From Porphyridium purpureum (taxonomy: Eukaryota), in contig VRMN01000003.1 in NCBI GenBank assembly GCA_008690995.1, positions 248,001 to 312,000 of the forward strand: a DNA stretch of 64,000 nt. The letters are read 5' to 3'. This document shows, one piece after another, positions 1 through 8,176 of this stretch. The notes under the pieces were generated by a model, which saw only the letters and a program-made list of their open reading frames with translations, was not told where the DNA came from and ran no database searches. Made by a program: the position numbers and the translations under genes. The stretch's first letter is position 1, and each line of letters begins with the position of its first letter.

Positions 1-293
1 CCCCAATTCCGCGGCTTGAGCAACGCATCGAACATCGACTTGGTTTCGGGCACCACGAACGTTGTTCCGTCCGCCACGCGACCCGTCTTGACCTTTTTCG
101 CGCCAGTACGGCCGCCGACTTGCGCGGGCTGCCTTTCGCCTTCGTGCGCAGCACAGCGCTGAGCGTGCTTCCCGTTCACGCTCGCATGCGCGGTTGGCGC
201 GACATGCGCATCCATCGGAGCGGGCGCGCTCGTCGTCGGCACGCGATCGGCAATATGTGCGACCATGCTTGGCGGCGTCGGGGTATCCTGCAT
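1..293 (-). CDS. 5' part of a putative phosphatidylethanolamine N-methyltransferase (CHO2-like); runs off the left edge
   Basis: Open minus-strand frame from ATG 293 (or 266) to the window edge, translated by hand: ...KKVKTGRVADGTTFVVPETKSMFDALLKPRNW. This resembles the GRTPDG.xFxVPxTxxM..LL.P motif of fungal Cho2. Not in the ORF track because it is truncated. Confidence 0.45.
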   Translation of the reverse strand, partial: MQDTPTPPSMVAHIADRVPTTSAPAPMDAHVAPTAHASVNGKHAQRCAAHEGERQPAQVGGRTGAKKVKTGRVADGTTFVVPETKSMFDALLKPRNW

Positions 294-595
294 GGACAGG
301 TTGGGAGTCTTGCTGACGACTCGCCTCTCGCACACCGCACCCTCGCCTCTTCGGAAGACGATGTGCCCTTGATACAACATTCGCGCGTGCGTACGTGCGC
401 AAGTGCGCAAGTGCGCAAGGCGCCAAGCGGCGGAAGATAGTAAAACGTGATTGTTCTGCTATGAATTTGCGTCGCGGGGCGTCCAAATCCCAGCCAGTTC
501 AAACGCGGGGGTGGGCGTGAGGTGGTAAGCGGCTTACTGACTGCCGGGTACACTGCAAAATGGACGGCTAGGGTTGCACAGAGAGAGGGCGGGTA

Positions 596-621
596 CAGTC
601 CTGGCCAAGTTAGTTGTCCCA
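596..621 (+). repeat. Tc1 left terminal inverted repeat
   Basis: TA|CAGTCCTGGCCAAGTTAGTTGTCCCA. Confidence 0.9.
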
Positions 622-846
622 CGGGATTAAATGAAGTGTTTTGTGAACACCTCGGCTTTTCGACTAGGTTGTCGTCTATTTTGATAACACAAAAAGAATC
701 AGCGGCACGGAAAATGGGTAGGGGCGTCCAAAGGTATCGTAGAACAAAACGACAGGTGTGAGAAGTGCCGAAAAAGAGAAAAACAATAAAACAGGTTGAT
801 GAGGACAAACACGCTTATGAGAAGAGATTTAACTGTCGTAACGAAA

Positions 847-1344
847 CTAGTACTTGGTTTGACGGCCACCGGCGTCGATGCAAGCTTGCAGGCGACGGGG
901 CATGCTCTCGAAAAGTGCCTCAACATACTTTGGCGCTTCCGTTCGCCAGCAGTCATAGATAACTGGAAGCATGTCATCGAGGCGCATAAACTGGCGTCCT
1001 TGCCAATGCACACGGTGAGAAACGATCGCCCACAGATTCTCAACTGGATTCAAGTCCGGCGACCGCGCTGGCCAATCAAGCAGTGCGATTCCGACCGTGT
1101 CAAACAGCTCGCGCGTGCTCAGCGCTGCATGTCCGGGCGCATTATCTTGCTGAAATATGAATGGGCAATCCGGCTGATCAAGGCGCCAAGGCAGTTCCAA
1201 TGCCCAGGGCATCATGACGTTCAGCATAACCTGCCGATATCGCTCGGCATTCAGCGAGCCTTGAACACGATGCAACGTACTCAGTCCGTGCCACGACATG
1301 GCACCCCAAAACATTGCGGATCCTCCGCCACTGTGGCGACGCAT
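847..1344 (-). pseudogene. Tc1 transposase, C-terminal catalytic half
   Basis: GGGSAMFWG, FQQDNAPGH and WPARSPDLNPVENLW motifs; 34 residues between the second D and E; ends GGRQTKY. Confidence 0.92.
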
Positions 1345-1346
1345 GG

Positions 1347-1639
1347 TGTTATCCGTTCGACCCCAGTCACCTAGAACGGTTCGGTTAATCCAAAACCGGT
1401 AAGCCGTTAAACCGGTAGACCGTTGAACCGTTTCTAGAAGCTTCTAGAGGTTCCAGAACCTTCTAGACGCGCGCAGAAATGCCAATGATTTGCATTGTCA
1501 TTTCTCTTGGCGCCTTGCTGTCCCTAGCGGAAGTAAGGGTATAAAAAGGCGACGCGCCTGCCCGGACTAGCCGGTCAGGTCTTGCTCGGAGACAGAAGAG
1601 GTAAGAAGAAGCAGAGTAAAAGGCACAGCATTGGTAACA
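1347..1639 (+). repeat. LTR 1 (5')
   Basis: TGTTATCC...GGTAACA; CCAAT at 1482-1486 and TATAAAAA at 1540-1547; followed by a PBS. Confidence 0.95.
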
Positions 1640-1641
1640 TT

Positions 1642-1649
1642 TGGTATCA
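1642..1649 (+). promoter_or_regulatory. Primer-binding site (tRNA-iMet-like), copy 1; same at 6805-6812 in copy 2
   Basis: TGGTATCA two bases after the LTR end. Confidence 0.8.
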
Positions 1650-2206
1650 TCGCTGGTTACCTGGGGTTGCTCTAAGGTTCTCTTAGAGTTTCTCTGGGGT
1701 TGCCTGGGTGGGAGAGTCTGCGGGTAAGGGGGTTCGAGTAAGTCGATCCGGAGGGTGCGACGGGTGGAAGCGGGTCTCAGTCTTGGCTGTACGATAGGCC
1801 TAGGCCTTGACGGCGGACTCGCTCTCTGCCTTAGCACGTATTAGTAGGCAAGAGCCGTAACGGTCAGCCTTCACTAGGATTCATCCTAGTGTCGCACGAC
1901 CACCTTTGCGAAGGTAGGCGCCGAACACCTCCATACAAGATCGCATCTATAATCCCCGCCCCAGTGCAAAGGCCCGGGCCGCTCCCCATCCAGCGCAACA
2001 GAGGAGGATTGCTGTGTGCTTTGTTGTGTGTGCGTGAGAAGATTGCTGTGCGTGTGTGTGCGTGAGAGGACAGCTTCGTGTGTCGGTTTGTGTTCGTGAG
2101 GGCGACCGAGCCCGTTCGTGGTGCGCGCAGCTGTTGGAGAAAGTGAGCATCGGAGGCTTGCTGTTTGTGTCGTTGTCGTCGTTGAGCGTGCTTTAGTCCA
2201 GAAAGC

Positions 2207-3013
2207 ATGGAGATTGATTCGGAGACGCTGGGACCACGTGGCCCGAAGGAGGCCCGTCAGATGAGGTTCGACGGGAAGCGTGACCTTCTGGTTGTGAAGA
2301 CGTGGTTGTTCCAGGCGAGAAAGAAGATCTTGGGCCGGCTGTTGGAGAGCATCCACCCGGACGATTTGGAGAAACGTCTGCTTGCGGAGAGGCGTGCTGT
2401 GGACTTGGCATCAGACTACTTCGAGGGAGAGGCGCTTCATTGGTGGGTCCTGAACTGCGAGCGCTACCCGCAGGAGATCCCCACGACGTGGAATGATTTC
2501 GCTGCCCTCGTGAGTGCTCGGTTCACGCCGCAGGATTCGATCAGGCGTGCAAGGGACAAGTTGACGCGTCTTTCGCAGAAAGGCCCGGCCCATGCGTATG
2601 TGGCGGCTTTTCAGGACGCGGCACTTGTGATTCCGGACTTGTCGGACGCAGAAATGATGGACCGCTTTGTGAGGGGTCTGAAGCCCGAGGTCCGCTTGGA
2701 AGTGTACAAGCGAGGAGTGAGCACGTTCGCGGAGGCTGCGCAGGTGGCGGTGGTCGTGGACGACGCCATTCATGCGACCCGCGGCGTGCGTGATTCAAGT
2801 GTGAGGACGCCATTTTTCGGTCGTGCAGCGCAGGAAGGACCCGTCCCGATGGAGCTGGGACATGTGCAGGGTCAGAGGCGTGTTCGAAGCGAGCTCAAAT
2901 GCTGGAATTGTGGAAGGCCGGGACACATCGCGAGGAAGTGTCCCGAGGCAAGGAAGACTATCCAGCAGCTGGAGGGAGACTCGCTGGAGTCAAAAAACGA
3001 GGAGCTCGAGTAG
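2207..3013 (+). CDS. gag: Gag (retrotransposon capsid + CCHC zinc knuckle), copy 1
   Basis: Retrotransposon-gag-like G.ALHWW, L.Q.G..Y..F and F..GL motifs; PVPMEL; CWNCGRPGHIARKC. Confidence 0.93.
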   Translation: MEIDSETLGPRGPKEARQMRFDGKRDLLVVKTWLFQARKKILGRLLESIHPDDLEKRLLAERRAVDLASDYFEGEALHWWVLNCERYPQEIPTTWNDFAALVSARFTPQDSIRRARDKLTRLSQKGPAHAYVAAFQDAALVIPDLSDAEMMDRFVRGLKPEVRLEVYKRGVSTFAEAAQVAVVVDDAIHATRGVRDSSVRTPFFGRAAQEGPVPMELGHVQGQRRVRSELKCWNCGRPGHIARKCPEARKTIQQLEGDSLESKNEELE

Positions 3014-6000
3014 AGAGGTTCCTCGGACAGTCAGAGGGAAAGGAGGCTCGCACACGTTACGAGACCTCTAGGGGCGGTAATGAAGACCGCTGTGGTGGCC
3101 TTGGTAAGCCAAGGTCTGGCTGTCCGACACCTTGTGGGCGAAACTCGAGCGCAAATCAGCCCGTGATCAAGGAACTTGGAGGGATGGGAGCTGCCATGCT
3201 TCTTCGAGTTCGAGGAAAAGTGCACAAGTCCGACGGAGAGGCCACGTTTTTGATTGACAGTGGCGCGACGGACAACTTCATGAGCGTGGACTTTGTGCAG
3301 AAATCCGACGGCCTGAAGCAGAAGGCGTCGTGGAAGAGAGATCATGTGACCCTAGCGGATGGGTCTGTATTGGAAACAGCCGGAGAAGTTTCCAATGTCA
3401 AGTTTGAACTGAGCGATGGGTACTCAGGGACCGCTACCTTTGCCATTTGCCGGATTGCGGGACAAGACGCAATCTTGGGCATGGAGTGGCTGAAGCGGGA
3501 GAACCCAGTGATTGATTGGCAGTCTGGCATGTTGGCCTACGGAGAGAAAAAGGCCTGGAGCATGACGCAGATGCTGGTGCCACGGAAAGAGCTCCGTCGG
3601 CTGTTGAAGAGTCAGGAGGTAGAAGAGTGCTACCTCGGCGTGCTGAAAGGAAGGGAGAAGCCCTGTTCAGTGGAGCGCAAAGAAGCTGACTCTGTGAGAA
3701 AGATGCTCAAGGATTTCGAAAATCTGTTCGAGGAGCCACGTGGGCTGCCTGAGAGCCGAACAGTGGAGCATGTGATTAGGCTGAAAGATGAGAAGCCTGT
3801 GAGAGTGGGCAGGGTCTACCGACTGAGCCCTGCGGAGTTGAAAGTCCTCCGAGAGACTTTGGATGACTTGCTGGACAAAGGATTCGTCCAGCCGAGTCAG
3901 AGCCCGTTTGGAGCACCCGTGCTGTTCGTGAAGAAGAAAGACGGCAGCATGAGGATGTGCGTTGATTATCGGGCGTTGAACGACGCAACTGTGAAGGACC
4001 GGTATCCGTTGCCGAACATGGATGAGTTGCTGGATCGACTGGGCGCAGCTCACTGTTTCTCAAAGTTGGATTTGGCATCGGGATACCACCAGTTGCGTGT
4101 TCGGAGAGAGGACGTGCCGAAGACCGCGTTCCAGACCAGGTACGGACAGTTCGAGTTCCGTGTGATGCCGTTTGGTCTTTGCAACGCGCCGGCAACTTTT
4201 CAGAGGGCCATGAACGAGCTGTTTGCAGATCTGCTGGACAAGACCGTCATTGTCTACTTGGACGATATTTTGGTCTTTACCAAGGATAGGCAGTCGCACG
4301 GCGAGGTCCTGAAGGAAGTGTTGTCGCGCTTGCAAAAGGCAGGGTATCGTTTGAAGCGCAAGAAGTGCAGCTTTTTCGTTTCTGAAGTCGAATACCTGGG
4401 GAACATTGTCGGCAACGGTTGCGTGAAGATGGATCCACGGAAGGTGGAAGCTTTGAGAGATTGGCCAGTGCCAAAGACGGTGACGGAGTTGAGATCCTTT
4501 TTGGGAATGACAAACTGGTTTCGCAGGTTTGTCAAAGGATACTCTACCGTCGTGGCGCCGCTGACTTCGCTGTTGCAGAACGCAAAGTCGAAGAAGCAGC
4601 TGATCGAACTGGGAGATGAAGGCAAGTCGGCCTTCAAGAAGATTGTCGGGATGTTGACGGAAGCGCCGGTGTTGGCCTTGCCAGACCCTGAAAAGCCATT
4701 TGAGGTGTACACGGACCGCTCTGAAGTCGCGGTGGGGGGATGGCTGGCACAGGAAGGCAGACCGGTCGCGTTTACGTCGAGGAAGCTGCTGGACCGAGAG
4801 ACCAGGTACAGCAGCTATGAAGGTGAGCTCATGGCCGTCATTCACTGTCTGCGAGAGTTTCGACCTTATCTGTACGGGGCAAAGTTTGTGCTTCACACAG
4901 ATCATGAGGCGTTGAAACATTTGATGACGCAGAAGGAGCTGAATGGCCGGCAAGCACGGTGGTTGGACTTTTTGGCCGAGTTTGACATCACGATCGACTA
5001 TGTGAAGGGAAAGTCGAACGTGGTAGCCGATGCTTTGTCGAGGAAGCCAGAGTTGCACGCGCTAGAGTACCAAGTTCGGTGTGATGAATTTGGTGCGGGT
5101 TTCCAGGCATTCGTGGGTTCGTACTCGAGTGACCCAGACTTTGGTACTTTGATGGGAGATTTACCGACCCACCAGGGTTTTCGAACCGAAGCTGGGCTCT
5201 TGTACTTGAGGAATCGCGTTTGCGTGCCAAGGAAGTTCAGAGAGCGTGTCATGCAACTCCACCACGATATCCCGACAGCAGGGCACCGTGGAGCGGACAC
5301 AACTCATGCGTCTTTGATGACTCGCTTCTACTGGCCAAAGATGAAGCGAGACGTGAGCCGTTTTGTGAAGACTTGTCACGCATGCCAAGTGACAAAGTCA
5401 GAGAATCGGTCGTTTGGAAAGCTGAAGCCCTTGTCGATCCCAGAAGGACCTTGGGTCGACATCTCGATGGACTTCGTGACGGAGCTGCCTCGGAGCGAAG
5501 GCAGCTGTGATGCAATCATGACTGTGGTGGATCGATATTCGAAGATGGCGCTGTTTATCCCGACGCGCAAGGACTTGACAGCAAAACGTTGTGCTGACTT
5601 GTTCGTGAAGCACGTCGTGAGCCGTTTCGGATACCCCAAGTCAATTGTATCGGACCGAGATCCGCTGTTTACGTCCACGTTTTGGCAGCAGTTGAGCAAG
5701 CGGGTGGGTATGAAGTTGGCTATGTCTACCGCCAACCACCCGCAGACAGATGGCCAAACTGAGCGAGTGAACCGCGTGATTCGGGAAATGCTCAAGTTGA
5801 TGGCGACGAATAGTGGCTGGGTGCGAGACTTGCCGTTGTATGAGTTTGCGTACAACTCTGCACCAAGCAGTGCCACTGGATTCGCGCCGTTCAAAGTGGT
5901 ATATGGAAGGGATCCTCGGTTTCCACCGAGTGAAGGGTGGACGCCTGCGCGTGACGGACAGACGAAGGACATGGCGGAGCACTGGTTTCGCCTGTGCAAA

Positions 6001-6390
6001 GTCCATGAAGAAGTCCGCGACAATTTGATCGAAGCCCAGGGGAGAATGCAGAAGTTCTTCGATCGACGCAAGGATGCCCGGGAGTTTCAAGTTGGTGATC
6101 AAGTGTTGGTCACGGCGCCGCAAATGCGGCCGAACAAGAGTGATTTGGCGGCACCAAAGTTTCTTGGTCCGGTGCCTGTCATTGAGAAGGTAAGCTCGCA
6201 TGCTTACCGAGTGATTTTGCCCGAGGGTGTGGCTTGTCATGATGTTTTTCCGATCCAGCATCTGAGGCCATACTATGGACGCGAAGAATACATGGCAGGG
6301 GAAAATGATGAAGAAGTACCCGACGAAATGCCGGCGTCCGATTCTGAGCCCGACTTGTTGAAAATTATCGAAGAGTCTGACTCTGAATGA
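2899..6390 (+). CDS. pol: Pol polyprotein (protease, RT, RNase H, integrase), copy 1; probably translated by frameshift near 2998
   Basis: LIDSGA protease; MPFGL and YLDD RT; RNase H; HHCC and DDE integrase; GPY/F-like tail; no internal stops. Confidence 0.96.
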   Translation: MLELWKAGTHREEVSRGKEDYPAAGGRLAGVKKRGARVERFLGQSEGKEARTRYETSRGGNEDRCGGLGKPRSGCPTPCGRNSSANQPVIKELGGMGAAMLLRVRGKVHKSDGEATFLIDSGATDNFMSVDFVQKSDGLKQKASWKRDHVTLADGSVLETAGEVSNVKFELSDGYSGTATFAICRIAGQDAILGMEWLKRENPVIDWQSGMLAYGEKKAWSMTQMLVPRKELRRLLKSQEVEECYLGVLKGREKPCSVERKEADSVRKMLKDFENLFEEPRGLPESRTVEHVIRLKDEKPVRVGRVYRLSPAELKVLRETLDDLLDKGFVQPSQSPFGAPVLFVKKKDGSMRMCVDYRALNDATVKDRYPLPNMDELLDRLGAAHCFSKLDLASGYHQLRVRREDVPKTAFQTRYGQFEFRVMPFGLCNAPATFQRAMNELFADLLDKTVIVYLDDILVFTKDRQSHGEVLKEVLSRLQKAGYRLKRKKCSFFVSEVEYLGNIVGNGCVKMDPRKVEALRDWPVPKTVTELRSFLGMTNWFRRFVKGYSTVVAPLTSLLQNAKSKKQLIELGDEGKSAFKKIVGMLTEAPVLALPDPEKPFEVYTDRSEVAVGGWLAQEGRPVAFTSRKLLDRETRYSSYEGELMAVIHCLREFRPYLYGAKFVLHTDHEALKHLMTQKELNGRQARWLDFLAEFDITIDYVKGKSNVVADALSRKPELHALEYQVRCDEFGAGFQAFVGSYSSDPDFGTLMGDLPTHQGFRTEAGLLYLRNRVCVPRKFRERVMQLHHDIPTAGHRGADTTHASLMTRFYWPKMKRDVSRFVKTCHACQVTKSENRSFGKLKPLSIPEGPWVDISMDFVTELPRSEGSCDAIMTVVDRYSKMALFIPTRKDLTAKRCADLFVKHVVSRFGYPKSIVSDRDPLFTSTFWQQLSKRVGMKLAMSTANHPQTDGQTERVNRVIREMLKLMATNSGWVRDLPLYEFAYNSAPSSATGFAPFKVVYGRDPRFPPSEGWTPARDGQTKDMAEHWFRLCKVHEEVRDNLIEAQGRMQKFFDRRKDAREFQVGDQVLVTAPQMRPNKSDLAAPKFLGPVPVIEKVSSHAYRVILPEGVACHDVFPIQHLRPYYGREEYMAGENDEEVPDEMPASDSEPDLLKIIEESDSE
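2992..2998 (+). promoter_or_regulatory. Putative -1 programmed ribosomal frameshift site A_AAA_AAC (also 8155-8161)
   Basis: X XXY YYZ heptamer in the gag frame a few codons before the gag stop; pol is in the -1 frame. Confidence 0.8.
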
Positions 6391-6495
6391 CTTGGGTACT
6401 GTGAGAAGTTTGCTAGGCAGAGGTTTTCTCCCGGAGCGCGGGTTCCTCGAGCCAAGAATGCAACTTAGTTTGGAGTCTCGCCGAGACGTCGAGTC

Positions 6496-6509
6496 AAGAG
6501 GGGGGGAGA
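6496..6509 (+). promoter_or_regulatory. Polypurine tract, copy 1 (copy 2 at 11659-11672)
   Basis: AAGAGGGGGGGAGA abutting the LTR start TG. Confidence 0.9.
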
Positions 6510-6802
6510 TGTTATCCGTTCGACCCCAGTCACCTAGAACGGTTCGGTTAGTCCGAAACCGGTAAGCCGCTAAACCGGTAGACCGTTTAACCGTTTCTAG
6601 AAGCTTCTAGAGGTTCCAGAACCTTCTAGACGCGCGCAGAAATGCCAATGGTTTGCATTGTCATTTCTCTTGGCGCCTTGCTGTCCCTAGCGGAAGTAAG
6701 GGTATAAAAAGGCGACGCGCCTGCCCGGACTAGCCGGTCAGGTCTTGCTCGGAGACAGAAGAGGTAAGAAGAAGCAGAGTAAAAGGCACAGCATTGGTAA
6801 CA
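6510..6802 (+). repeat. LTR 2 (central, shared)
   Basis: Preceded by a PPT and followed by a PBS; no TSD on either side. Confidence 0.95.
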
Positions 6803-7369
6803 TTTGGTATCATCGCTGGTTACCTGGGGTTGCTCTAAGGTTCTCTTAGAGTTTCTCTGGGGTTGCCTGGGTGGGAGAGTCTGCGGGTAAGGGGGTTCGA
6901 GTAAGTCGATCCGGAGGGTGCGACGGGTGGAAGCGGGTCTCAGTCTTGGCTGTACGATAGGCCTAGGCCTTGACGGCGGACTCGCTCTCTGCCTTAGCAC
7001 GTATTAGTAGGCAAGAGCCGTAACGGTCAGCCTTCACTAGGATTCATCCCAGTGTCGCACGACCACCTTTGCGAAGGTAGGCGCCGAACACCTCCATACA
7101 AGATCGCATCTATAATCCCCGCCCCAGTGCAAAGGCCCGGGCCGCTCCCCATCCAGCGCAACAGAGGAGGATTGCTGTGTGCTTTGTTGTGTGTGCGTGA
7201 GAAGATTGCTGTGCGTGTGTGTGCGTGAGAGGACAGCTTCGTGTGTCGGTTTGTGTTCGTGAGGGCGACCGAGCCCGTTCGTGGTGCGCGCAGCTGTTGG
7301 AGAAAGTGAGCATCGGAGGCTTGCTGTTTGTGTCGTTGTCGTCGTTGAGCGTGCTTTAGTCCAGAAAGC

Positions 7370-8176
7370 ATGGAGATTGATTCGGAGACGCTGGGACCAC
7401 GTGGCCCGAAGGAGGCCCGTCAGATGAGGTTCGACGGGAAGCGTGACCTTCTGGTTGTGAAGACGTGGTTGTTCCAGGCGAGAAAGAAGATCTTGGGCCG
7501 GCTGTTGGAGAGCATCCACCCGGACGATTTGGAGAAACGTCTGCTTGCGGAGAGGCGTGCTGTGGACTTGGCATCAGACTACTTCGAGGGAGAGGCGCTT
7601 CATTGGTGGGTCCTGAACTGCGAGCGCTACCCGCAGGAGATCCCCACGACGTGGAATGATTTCGCTGCCCTCGTGAGTGCTCGGTTCACGCCGCAGGATT
7701 CGATCAGGCGTGCAAGGGACAAGTTGACGCGTCTTTCGCAGAAAGGCCCGGCCCATGCGTATGTGGCGGCTTTTCAGGACGCGGCACTTGTGATTCCGGA
7801 CTTGTCGGACGCAGAAATGATGGACCGCTTTGTGAGGGGTCTGAAGCCCGAGGTCCGCTTAGAAGTGTACAAGCGAGGAGTGAGCACGTTTGCGGAGGCT
7901 GCGCAGGTGGCGGTGGTCGTGGACGACGCCATTCATGCGACCCGCGGCGTGCGTGATTCAAGTGTGAGGACGCCATTTTTCGGTCGTGCAGCGCAGGAAG
8001 GACCCGTCCCGATGGAGCTGGGACATGTGCAGGGTCAGAGGCGTGTTCGAAGCGAGCTCAAATGCTGGAATTGTGGAAGGCCGGGACACATCGCGAGGAA
8101 GTGTCCCGAGGCAAGGAAGACTATCCAGCAGCTGGAGGGAGACTCGCTGGAGTCAAAAAACGAGGAGCTCGAGTAG
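7370..8176 (+). CDS. gag: Gag, copy 2
   Basis: Protein identical to copy 1; two synonymous changes seen. Confidence 0.93.
   Translation: MEIDSETLGPRGPKEARQMRFDGKRDLLVVKTWLFQARKKILGRLLESIHPDDLEKRLLAERRAVDLASDYFEGEALHWWVLNCERYPQEIPTTWNDFAALVSARFTPQDSIRRARDKLTRLSQKGPAHAYVAAFQDAALVIPDLSDAEMMDRFVRGLKPEVRLEVYKRGVSTFAEAAQVAVVVDDAIHATRGVRDSSVRTPFFGRAAQEGPVPMELGHVQGQRRVRSELKCWNCGRPGHIARKCPEARKTIQQLEGDSLESKNEELE

Noticed and set aside
1463..2356. Antisense ORFs in the LTR and leader, repeated in copy 2
   Set aside because: Their recurrence only reflects near-identity of the duplicated DNA; low-complexity products with no motifs.
6270..6500. Chromodomain or env-like ORF after the integrase
   Set aside because: Pol ends in an acidic tail; only ~120 bp separate the stop from the LTR and no chromodomain motif is visible.
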